From assembly GCF_965230365.1 (NCBI RefSeq), contig NZ_OZ246003.1, forward strand, positions 2,669,781-2,693,780: DNA of 24,000 bases. Reading direction: 5' to 3'. This DNA is from Oricola sp. (GTDB taxonomy: Bacteria > Pseudomonadota > Alphaproteobacteria > Rhizobiales > Rhizobiaceae). The notes beneath the pieces are model-generated. The model made no database searches. It was not told the DNA's origin and worked only from the letters and a program-made list of their open reading frames with translations. A program made the position numbers and the translations under genes. Below are positions 15,790 through 23,774 of this stretch, piece after piece. Within the stretch, counting starts at the first letter, position 1, and every line of letters begins with the position of its first letter.

Positions 15790-17238
15790 CTATCTGTTGG
15801 CGCGAACACGCATTTTGAGCAGCTTTGGCTCGAGATAGGCTTCAAGCCCTTCCGGTCCGAGTTCGCGGCCGATACCGCTCATCTTCCAGCCGCCGAACGG
15901 CGCCTGCAACTCGCTGACATCATTGACATTCAACCCGACGCCGCCAAACTCCAGGCGATCGGCTAACGCCCACATGTGCTCCAGATCCGAGCCGTAGAGG
16001 TAGGCCGCGAGGCCGTACTCCAGGCTGTTGGCAATCTCGATCATCTGTTCGACATCGTCATACGGCGCGATTGCGGCAAGCGGCCCGAAAGTCTCCGAAG
16101 ACATCGGCAGGCTTTCATGCGGCGAGTCGTCGATCACCGTCGGTTGATAGAAAAACCCGCGCTCATACTCCGCATCGCGAGGCCGCAGTCCGCCGGCCAG
16201 CAGCTTCCCGCCTTTTGCAATCGCGTCATCCTTGTGCGCCTCGACCCGGTCGATGACAGACTGGTTCAGCACGGGTCCGTATTCGACCCCCGGTTCGCTG
16301 CCGTCGCCAAGCTTCGTCGTCGTCGCCAGTTCCGCCATGATGTCGGAGAACTCGCGATGCACGGCGCGATCGACCAATATGCGGTTCACCGTGATGCAGA
16401 TCTGCCCCATGTTGGAATATGCGCGCCGATGCGCGGCGCGCGCCGCCGCTTCCAGATCGGCATCCGCCATGACGATCAGCGGCGCATTGCCGCCAAGCTC
16501 AAGGCACACTTTCTTCAGGTTGCCGGCGGCATTGCGCATGATGTCCTGACCGGCCGGTATCGATGCCGTTGCCGAAATCACCCGCACCCGGGGATGCGAG
16601 GCCAGCGCGGCACCCGCCACCGGCCCATGTCCCGGTAGATCGGCCAATGCACCGTCCGGCAAGCCGGCCAGATGGAGGCAATCGACCAGCATGGCGATGG
16701 CCAACGGCGTTTCCGGCGGCGACTTGACGATCAGCGGGCAACCGGCGGCAAGCGCCGGTCCGACTTTCCAGCAGTAGAGGTCGACCGGATAGTTCCAGGG
16801 CACGATCGCTGCGGCAACACCGACAGGATGATAGGAGACGACATTCTTGATGTTCGCGGCGGATGCGGGGCGAAGATCGCCCCAGATCCTGGTCGCCTCG
16901 CCGGCATAGTAACGCAGCACCTTGGCGCCGAACATGATCTCCTTGCGGTTGTCGGCGACCGGTTTGCCCTGCTCGCGCGTCAGTAACCGGGCTATCTCCT
17001 CGCACCGCCCTTCGACCAGGCTCGCCGCCTTTTCGAGAAGCGCCGCACGCTCCTCAGGATGAAGTGCTGCCAGAACCGGCGCGGCCCTTTCCGCTGCTTG
17101 TACGGCAAGTTCTACCGTCGCTTCGTCGGCCAGAAGCGTGGATCCGACCGGCTCACCTGTCGCCGGATTGTTGATCTGCCAGCGCTCCAGCCCACCCGGC
17201 TGTTGCCAACGCCCATCCACGAATATCCCGCGATCCAT
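15790..17238 (-). CDS. NAD(P)+-dependent aldehyde dehydrogenase family protein
   Basis: 482 aa. LELGGNAPLIV carries the catalytic Glu, GQICITVNRILV carries the catalytic Cys, and FGPL is present. SD GGGGGAGAGG lies upstream of the ATG at 17238. Confidence 0.92.
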   Translation of the reverse strand: MDRGIFVDGRWQQPGGLERWQINNPATGEPVGSTLLADEATVELAVQAAERAAPVLAALHPEERAALLEKAASLVEGRCEEIARLLTREQGKPVADNRKEIMFGAKVLRYYAGEATRIWGDLRPASAANIKNVVSYHPVGVAAAIVPWNYPVDLYCWKVGPALAAGCPLIVKSPPETPLAIAMLVDCLHLAGLPDGALADLPGHGPVAGAALASHPRVRVISATASIPAGQDIMRNAAGNLKKVCLELGGNAPLIVMADADLEAAARAAHRRAYSNMGQICITVNRILVDRAVHREFSDIMAELATTTKLGDGSEPGVEYGPVLNQSVIDRVEAHKDDAIAKGGKLLAGGLRPRDAEYERGFFYQPTVIDDSPHESLPMSSETFGPLAAIAPYDDVEQMIEIANSLEYGLAAYLYGSDLEHMWALADRLEFGGVGLNVNDVSELQAPFGGWKMSGIGRELGPEGLEAYLEPKLLKMRVRANR

Positions 17239-17254
17239 GGTCCTCTCCCCCGGA

Positions 17255-18022
17255 TCAGCGCATCTTCAACCGGCGCCAAAGCTCGGCGTAGTTCCGGTCG
17301 TTGATCCGGTCCGCCTCCGCTTTCTCCGCAGTGTTCGGGCTGACCATGACATAGGGCTCGTGGCCGTTTTCGGTCATGATGCGCGCCGTTTCCGCATTGA
17401 TGGCCTGTCCGACAGCAATAGCAATCGAGGTCGACGTCGCGCCGACGCGATGTTTCATCCCGTCGATCTCAATACTGGCATCGCCCTTGGGCACACCCGT
17501 ATCGATCACAACATCGGCCAGCTCGTAGAGGCGCTTCCCGCAGGAATGGCGAGACGGCGTTGACGAAGAATGCGGGATGGATGTCACCCCGATGACCTTC
17601 ATGCCTCGCTCCTTGGCGCCAACCGCGATATCGAGCGTCACGGCGTTCAGGCCGGAATGCGAGAAAATCAGCATGGCGTCGCCGGCGTCGAGTTGGTGCG
17701 ACGACAGGATTGCGTCGCCATAGCCTTCGCGGCCATGGATAAAGCGATATTGGCGGGCGCCGCCATCGCCGAGCACTCGATGGAACGAGATCATCGTGCT
17801 CTCGACGATCGGTCGAAACCCGGTCACCGTGCCGGTGCGCGGAAACATCTCCATGGCAGCGAACGAGCCGTGGCCCGTGCCGAAGGTGAACACTAGCTTG
17901 TCGTTCATGATCGCTGCCGCGCAGATCTCGGCGGCTGCCGTAATGGCATCTGACTGTGTCTCCGATACCCGTTTCAGGCGTTCGATGACCGTGTCGAAAT
18001 AGGATAAAGCGATATTGCTCAT
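17255..18022 (-). CDS. SIS (sugar isomerase/phosphosugar-binding) domain protein, UPF0309-like
   Basis: 255 aa. KLVFTFGTGHGSFAAMEMF...AMLIFSHSGLNAVTLDIAVGAKERGMKVIGVTS fits a SIS-fold nucleotide/phosphosugar-binding core. Confidence 0.75.
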   Translation of the reverse strand: MSNIALSYFDTVIERLKRVSETQSDAITAAAEICAAAIMNDKLVFTFGTGHGSFAAMEMFPRTGTVTGFRPIVESTMISFHRVLGDGGARQYRFIHGREGYGDAILSSHQLDAGDAMLIFSHSGLNAVTLDIAVGAKERGMKVIGVTSIPHSSSTPSRHSCGKRLYELADVVIDTGVPKGDASIEIDGMKHRVGATSTSIAIAVGQAINAETARIMTENGHEPYVMVSPNTAEKAEADRINDRNYAELWRRLKMR

Positions 18023-18056
18023 AGTTTTACCGTTGTTCTTCGTATTTCTTCGGCGC

Positions 18057-18791
18057 TCAGTCGAGCGAAGCCAAACCGTCCAGAGCGATCTCGAACAGCC
18101 GGGTTTCGCCTTCTGCGAGTTCGTCCGGCGGCAGTTTTGCCTGGCTCAACGCATCGACCGTCCCCAGACACAATGTTGCGCAGGCGACATTGAGCGCGAG
18201 ACCAGCCGCCAGCAGTGCCGATGTCTCCATGTCAATTGCCAGTGCGTTATTCTCCATCAGCATCTTTCGGTTTGCTTCGACCCGTCTGCGCCCGTCTTCG
18301 TCAATCCCGAACATGTCCCGGTAAAACGCGTCAAATGTCGCATACATGCCGCGGCGCGCTTGAACACCGGCCCTCTCAGCCGCCGCCTTCACCGATGCGA
18401 CCAGCGCTTCGTCCGGCGGCAACGGAACACGGTCCGTGTAGGACTGTGAGGTCCCTTCAAAGCTGATGGCCGACCCGCTGATCAGGTATTCCCCGCCCTC
18501 GGCGGGCGGAAAATACATCGCCGTTCCGATCCTCAGAAAACGCGACACGCCGAGATCGGCGAGTTCATGGAGCACGATGGTTGCGATCGGCGCACCCATT
18601 CCGAACGCGCAGGCGGTTATCGAGCGGCCGCGGAATGTCCCGGTGACAGACCGCAAGCCCCGCGACACCGGATGGAGAACGGGTGCTTCGAGATAGCTGG
18701 CGATGCGATCCACCCTGTCAGGGTCGCCAATCAGTATCGCGCGATCTCCGACATCGGCCTCTTTGAGGCCGAGATACCATGCTTTCTTCAT
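18057..18791 (-). CDS. PNP/UDP-1 family nucleoside phosphorylase (uridine-phosphorylase-like) or nucleosidase
   Basis: LIGDPDRVDRIA, FGMGAPIATIVLHELADLGVSRFLRIGTA and AIDMETSAL match the hexameric PNP/UDP fold motifs. The start overlaps the upstream stop as ATGA (18788-18791). Confidence 0.85.
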   Translation of the reverse strand: MKKAWYLGLKEADVGDRAILIGDPDRVDRIASYLEAPVLHPVSRGLRSVTGTFRGRSITACAFGMGAPIATIVLHELADLGVSRFLRIGTAMYFPPAEGGEYLISGSAISFEGTSQSYTDRVPLPPDEALVASVKAAAERAGVQARRGMYATFDAFYRDMFGIDEDGRRRVEANRKMLMENNALAIDMETSALLAAGLALNVACATLCLGTVDALSQAKLPPDELAEGETRLFEIALDGLASLD

Positions 18792-19630
18792 GTCTCCCCT
18801 CTTGCTGAACGTTTCGTCAGCATTGCGCTCACGCTTGCGATACCCGCGCGCGCAGCATCGAGCGGACTGGCTGTTCCCGCCATTTCCGCTGCGATAAATC
18901 CACCGGCGAATGTATCGCCAGCACCTGTTGTATCGCGAACCGCAATCCGTTCGACCGGAAGCTGCCCCGCACTGTCTGCGGTAGCGACCCGCACGCCTTC
19001 AGAACCCAGTGTCTCGACGATTACCGCCGTATCGCGTGTATTGCCGACCAGCCCGCGTTCCGAACTGCTGAGAAAGATCACATCGGCTTCCGCGGATAAC
19101 CGTTTTCTGATTGGCGGTGTGAAACAATGCAAGTCGTTCTTGCAGATCCAGTACAATCGCGCCTTTTCATTGCGCGCCGACAGAATGTCTGCGGTGACCT
19201 GTGGCGGGCCAACCGTGACGCAGACGTGACTGGCAGCGGAGATCAGGGCGCGTTGCGTATCGGTGAGCACCTCTTCGCCGCCGAACCCCGGATCGAACAG
19301 GCATGCGCAGGTTCCATCCGCCTGGTAGCCGAGGATCGACATGGGTGATTTGCGATCGAGCCGCGACACGGCCTTCGTATCCACACCGACCGCCGTCAAG
19401 CCGGCAAGATAGAAGTCGCCGTGATCGTCACTGCCGGTCCAACTCACCGGATAGGCACGATGGCCATGCTGAGCGACCGCCATTGCCACATAGGCGGGAC
19501 AGCCGCCGACGCGCGGCCAGTCGTCTGGATCGCGATAGTCGATCAGCGTCGTGTGGTCGCCGGCAATCTGGCCAACGAGCCCGACTACATAGTCGACGCC
19601 GGCATATCCGGTGACAGCCAATGCGTTCAT
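18788..19630 (-). CDS. PfkB-family carbohydrate/nucleoside kinase
   Basis: The C-terminal PfkB signature DTTGAGDTFAGGF is present. I trimmed the start to ATG 19630 (MNALAVTGYAGVDYV), which overlaps the upstream stop as ATGA. The 115-aa Arg-rich extension of track ORF 18788..19975 lies inside the neighbouring gene. Confidence 0.85.
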   Translation of the reverse strand: MNALAVTGYAGVDYVVGLVGQIAGDHTTLIDYRDPDDWPRVGGCPAYVAMAVAQHGHRAYPVSWTGSDDHGDFYLAGLTAVGVDTKAVSRLDRKSPMSILGYQADGTCACLFDPGFGGEEVLTDTQRALISAASHVCVTVGPPQVTADILSARNEKARLYWICKNDLHCFTPPIRKRLSAEADVIFLSSSERGLVGNTRDTAVIVETLGSEGVRVATADSAGQLPVERIAVRDTTGAGDTFAGGFIAAEMAGTASPLDAARAGIASVSAMLTKRSARGET

Positions 19631-20181
19631 TGGAAGAACTCCGTGGCTTGCGCGGTAGTCGCCAGACTGCCGAGATAGCGCTCGATATCTTCCAGCGATG
19701 CCGACGCCAGATGATCGCGGTTGGAGTTGGTCGCATCCTTGACGACGACGACGTCGAAACCGTGTGCAAAGGCGTCCTGCGCCGTGGCGCGCACGCAGAC
19801 ATTGGTTTTCACGCCGCAAATGACGACCCTGTCGACCGATTGCTCGCGAAGGAACAGAGCAAGTTCTGTGGCAAAAAACGCGCTGAACCGCCGCTTGACG
19901 ATCTCGATCTCGCCTGCCGCTCCTTGTGGGCCAAACCCGTCGAAATACCCGGCATCGAACCCGTCGACGACGCAATGTATCGGCAGCCGGCGGTTTTCGA
20001 AGTCATCAAAGCCGTCGCGATGCCGGTCGGCGACATGCACGACTATGGCACCCGCCTCGCGCGCCCTGTCGATCAGCGCGAGACAGTTGCCGACCACCGA
20101 ACCGGCATCGGCGTAGTAATTCTCTCCGTCCGGATGCAGAAACGAGTTCTGCATGTCGATGACGATCAGGGCTGTTTTCAT
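19627..20181 (-). CDS. Isochorismatase-family cysteine hydrolase (second copy)
   Basis: Triad contexts are ALIVIDMQNSF (Asp), IVKRRFSAFF (Lys) and GVKTNVCVRAT (Cys). I trimmed the start to ATG 20181, which overlaps the permease stop as ATGA. Confidence 0.88.
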   Translation of the reverse strand: MKTALIVIDMQNSFLHPDGENYYADAGSVVGNCLALIDRAREAGAIVVHVADRHRDGFDDFENRRLPIHCVVDGFDAGYFDGFGPQGAAGEIEIVKRRFSAFFATELALFLREQSVDRVVICGVKTNVCVRATAQDAFAHGFDVVVVKDATNSNRDHLASASLEDIERYLGSLATTAQATEFFQ

Positions 20182-21077
20182 GACATCGCCTCTTTGGCCT
20201 GCAAACGGCGCCAGCCGGCGAAGCACAGCGCGATGAGGACCATCAGATAGGGAATGGTTCCGATCAGCTTCGGCGGCAAGCCGGCCGTCTGCATGCGGAT
20301 CTGGGTCGCATCGAGAAACCCGAAGAACAGGCAAACGAGCGCGGTGGCGACTGGTCTGTCGCGACCGAAATAAAATGCCGCGAGCGCGATGAAACCGCGA
20401 CCCGCTGTCAGTCCTTCGTTGAAGAGACCGATCGAGGCGAGCGCCAGATGCGCGCCGCCGAGACCGGAAAAGAAACCGGCGATGGCGGTCGAAGCGTCTT
20501 GGACAGCTTTTTGCGGAATGCCCATCGCGCGCGCCACCTGAGGCGCGTTGCCGCTGGCCCGCAGCCTAAGCCCCCACCGCGTATTGGCCAACAGGAATGG
20601 CAAGGCCAGCACCGACAGCCACGCAAACACAGTCAACGGTTCGAGTTCGGACAGGGCCAGTCCCACAAGCGGAACATCGGAAACCGCGTCGGGCAGCAGC
20701 TTCGGCAGCAGTGCCACGTCGGGCAGCCGCAGCGTTCCGCTGGAATTGTAGAACCAACTGAGCACAAATCCGAGCACACCGGCGACGAAGACATTGAGGC
20801 CGAGACCGGCGACGATCATGTTGGCGCCGGCGCGCGTTACCACCAGCGAGAACGCATAGCCCACAAGCAGTCCGGCCAAACCCGCCGCCACGACCGCAAC
20901 GAACCAACTGCCGGTCGCCGCCGAGACGACAACCGCGACAAAGGCGCCGGCGAGCATCTTGGCATCGAGCGCGATGTTGACGATCCCGCCTTGACGGTTG
21001 ATCAGCCCTCCCATGGCGGCAAGCAGGATCGGCGTGGTCAGCGCGATCGACGCTGCTATGATTTGATCGGCGATCAC
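20178..21077 (-). CDS. ABC transporter permease (BMP/nucleoside-type)
   Basis: 299-aa hydrophobic protein. TTPILLAAMGGLINRQGGIVNIALDAKMLAGAF parallels the Module A permease. The GTG start overlaps the upstream stop as GTGA (21074-21077). Confidence 0.85.
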   Translation of the reverse strand: MIADQIIAASIALTTPILLAAMGGLINRQGGIVNIALDAKMLAGAFVAVVVSAATGSWFVAVVAAGLAGLLVGYAFSLVVTRAGANMIVAGLGLNVFVAGVLGFVLSWFYNSSGTLRLPDVALLPKLLPDAVSDVPLVGLALSELEPLTVFAWLSVLALPFLLANTRWGLRLRASGNAPQVARAMGIPQKAVQDASTAIAGFFSGLGGAHLALASIGLFNEGLTAGRGFIALAAFYFGRDRPVATALVCLFFGFLDATQIRMQTAGLPPKLIGTIPYLMVLIALCFAGWRRLQAKEAMS

Positions 21078-22135
21078 GTGCGCCTCCGCCGCAGGAAGCC
21101 AAGCCGGCCGAGTTCAACGACCGCGAAAATCATCACGGTTCCCTCGATGATGTTGACGATATCGAGCGGGATGTCCGAGAAAAGCTGCACCGTCGTTCCG
21201 GCCGAAGCGAGCGCTCCGAACAGGATCGCCGCAAACAGAATACCCACCTCGTTGTTGCGACCAAGCAGCGCAACCGCGATGCCGGTAAAACCGTACCCGG
21301 GCGAGAAGCCATCTGCGAAACGATGCAGTTGGCCAAGCGCGTGCGATGCCCCGCCAAGGCCGGCGACCAGGCCCGATATCGCCATCACTACGATGATCGT
21401 TGCCGGAATGGAAATGCCGGTCGCCCGCGCGAAGCGCTGGTTGAAACCGACCAGCGCCCCTTCGAAACCCGCCGGCGTGCGGCGAGCCCAGATGCCATAG
21501 GCAATAAGCACGACAAGGCCCACCAGGAAGCCGGCATGCAAGGTCGAGGGTGGCAGCAGACGCGGCAGCCGCGCGACCTCGTGAACCAGCGGCGTCACGT
21601 TGTTGCCCGATATCTCCGAAAGCAGGATGCCGTTGACCAGGTATCCGGTAATACCGAGCGCCACGAAGTTGAGCATCAAGGTGGAAACAACCTCGTCAAC
21701 TTCGAAACGGGCCAGCAGATAACCCGGAACGAAAAGCCAGAACGCCGCCACCGCGCCCGCGAACAAGAACGCCAAGGGTATCAGCGAGAATCCGAAATAG
21801 GCCGGCAGCGAGAAACCGACCAGCGCGCCGCACAAGCCGCCGATGACGAAAGCGCCTTCGACACCGACATTGAAGACGCCGGACCGGAAACACACAGCTG
21901 TCGCCACTCCGGTGAAGATCAGAGGCGTCGCTGCCGAAAGGGTCGCCGCGATACGCCGCTCGGACCCGAACGACTCGCCGATCATCAAGGCGAACACATC
22001 GATCGGGTTCTCGCCGATAAACAACAGAATGACCGAAGCGACCATAAGCGCGACGATGAAGGGAAATGCCAATCCGACACCGCGTTCGAAGAATGCGAGG
22101 GGATCAAACCAGGCAGATTGGCGAACTTCAGCCAT
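21074..22135 (-). CDS. ABC transporter permease (BMP/nucleoside-type)
   Basis: 353-aa hydrophobic protein with FNVGVEGAFVIGGLCGA. The ATG at 22135 overlaps the ATPase stop by 8 nt (ATGGCTGA). Confidence 0.87.
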   Translation of the reverse strand: MAEVRQSAWFDPLAFFERGVGLAFPFIVALMVASVILLFIGENPIDVFALMIGESFGSERRIAATLSAATPLIFTGVATAVCFRSGVFNVGVEGAFVIGGLCGALVGFSLPAYFGFSLIPLAFLFAGAVAAFWLFVPGYLLARFEVDEVVSTLMLNFVALGITGYLVNGILLSEISGNNVTPLVHEVARLPRLLPPSTLHAGFLVGLVVLIAYGIWARRTPAGFEGALVGFNQRFARATGISIPATIIVVMAISGLVAGLGGASHALGQLHRFADGFSPGYGFTGIAVALLGRNNEVGILFAAILFGALASAGTTVQLFSDIPLDIVNIIEGTVMIFAVVELGRLGFLRRRRT

Positions 22136-23720
22136 GACCGGCCACCTGCGCCAGCATCAAGCCACCGATATCGGCGATCGTCGCATCAGCGGCCTGCCGT
22201 TCCCCGACAATCCGCCCGCCGGCCATCACATAGATGCGGTCCGACAGGGAGATGATTTCATCCAGTTCCTCGGAGATCAGCAGCACCGCGCCTCCTTTGT
22301 CGCGGAAATCACGCAAGATCTCGTGGATCGCCGCTATACCGACGAGATCCACCCCGCGGGTCGGTTGCGACACAACCAGCAGCTTGGGATCCGTGGAAAC
22401 CTCGCGGGCAAAAACCAGTTTCTGCTGATTGCCTCCCGAGAGGCTCGATACCGGATTGTCGAATCCGCCGAACCGCACATCGAGCGCGGCCAAGCGTTCG
22501 CCCGACACGCGACGCATCGCGCGTCGATCGATCAGACCACCCTTGCAGATCGGTGGCTCTCTGTGGCTGCCAACGATCACATTGGCCTCGATCGAAGCAT
22601 CAAGGGCCAATCCCTCGCTGCGCCGGTCGGCGCTGATATAGCCCATGCCAAAGCCGCGACGCTCCCGGTTACCCAATATCGTTACGTCATGATCGGCAAG
22701 GTGGATCGATCCGGCCGACGCATCGCGCAATCCGACTAGACATTCGGTTAGTTCATGCTGACCATTTCCGGACACGCCGGCGATACCGACGATTTCACCG
22801 CTGGCGACATGCAGGTCGACATCATGCAGCGGGTGGGAGCGCTCGATTGCGGCGATCGAGAGACCGCGCACGCGCAGCACCGCGTCACCGTCGTCCGGCG
22901 GCATCATCGCACGTTCACGCTCTCGATCGACAGGCAGGTCTTCGCCGCCGACCATGTGGCTGGCGATATCGTCGATACTTGTCTCCGATATCGGACTGGA
23001 GAAAACCACCCGCCCTCGCCGCATGACCGTGACCCTATCGGCCAGGGCCATTACTTCCCTGAGCTTGTGGCTGATAAAAAGAATCGTCGTGCCTTGATCA
23101 CGCAGCGTGCGAAGCAAAGAGAACAGGTCTTCGATATGCCGCGGAGCGAGAACTGCCGTCGGTTCATCGAGGATAAGAATACGTGTGCCGCGGCGCAGCA
23201 AGCGAATGATTTCAACAAACTGCCGAACATGCACCGGTGCGCTGGCCGCCCGGCGGTTCCAGTCGATTTCGATGGCCGCCTGCTCAGCGAGAGCCGATCC
23301 CGAACGACGGGCGTCGTCCCAGTCGATGCGCGACAGCGGGCCGGCTGTCAGCTGGAACGGCTCCTCGCCGAGGATCAGGTTTTCAAGCAGCGTAAGGTCC
23401 GGCGCCAGCATGAACTCCTGATGAACCATGCCGATCCCCAGCGAAAACGCTTGTTGCGGGCCGGAAAGTACATATGGCTTGTCGTCGACGACGACATGTC
23501 CATTATCCGGTTTCTCAATGCCCTGCAGCATGCGCATGAGCGTTGATTTTCCGGCTCCGTTCTCGCCAACGATGGCGTGAATCTCGCCCGGCGCAACCGT
23601 CAGAGAAACGTCTTGGTTGGCAAGGACGTTGCCATATCGCTTGCTGAGACGATCGGCGCCAAGCCGCACAGAAGCGCCAGACGCGCCCGCTCTGTTGATC
23701 ATCGGACCGGCCGTAGTCAT
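22128..23720 (-). CDS. ABC transporter ATP-binding protein with two fused NBDs (paralogue of 11268..12803)
   Basis: GENGAGKSTL, ILILDEPT, a degenerate second P-loop (GVSGNGQHEL), LSGGNQQKL and LLVVSQPTRGVD are present. The start is set at ATG 23720. ATG 23702 is also possible, and neither has a clear SD. Confidence 0.9.
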   Translation of the reverse strand: MTTAGPMINRAGASGASVRLGADRLSKRYGNVLANQDVSLTVAPGEIHAIVGENGAGKSTLMRMLQGIEKPDNGHVVVDDKPYVLSGPQQAFSLGIGMVHQEFMLAPDLTLLENLILGEEPFQLTAGPLSRIDWDDARRSGSALAEQAAIEIDWNRRAASAPVHVRQFVEIIRLLRRGTRILILDEPTAVLAPRHIEDLFSLLRTLRDQGTTILFISHKLREVMALADRVTVMRRGRVVFSSPISETSIDDIASHMVGGEDLPVDRERERAMMPPDDGDAVLRVRGLSIAAIERSHPLHDVDLHVASGEIVGIAGVSGNGQHELTECLVGLRDASAGSIHLADHDVTILGNRERRGFGMGYISADRRSEGLALDASIEANVIVGSHREPPICKGGLIDRRAMRRVSGERLAALDVRFGGFDNPVSSLSGGNQQKLVFAREVSTDPKLLVVSQPTRGVDLVGIAAIHEILRDFRDKGGAVLLISEELDEIISLSDRIYVMAGGRIVGERQAADATIADIGGLMLAQVAGHG

Positions 23721-23739
23721 GAAATTGCAATTGATTGGC

Positions 23740-23763
23740 GACCGGCGGCCTGCGCCGCCGGTC
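23740..23763 (-). promoter_or_regulatory. Intercistronic stem-loop between the SBP and ATPase genes of the second transporter (10-bp perfect GC-rich stem, 4-nt loop)
   Basis: gaccggcggc (23740-23749) pairs perfectly with gccgccggtc (23754-23763), with loop ctgc. It sits 12 nt after the SBP stop. No canonical U-tract follows. Confidence 0.6.
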
Positions 23764-23774
23764 AAGCAATCGTT

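Noticed and set aside
20448-22739. Three long + strand ORFs (20448..21500, 21323..22255, 21843..22739) antisense to the Module B permeases and ATPase
   Set aside because: Their translations are highly charged, Arg/Gln/Asp/His-rich and biologically implausible. The opposite strand encodes typical polytopic permeases and an ABC ATPase joined by coupled starts.
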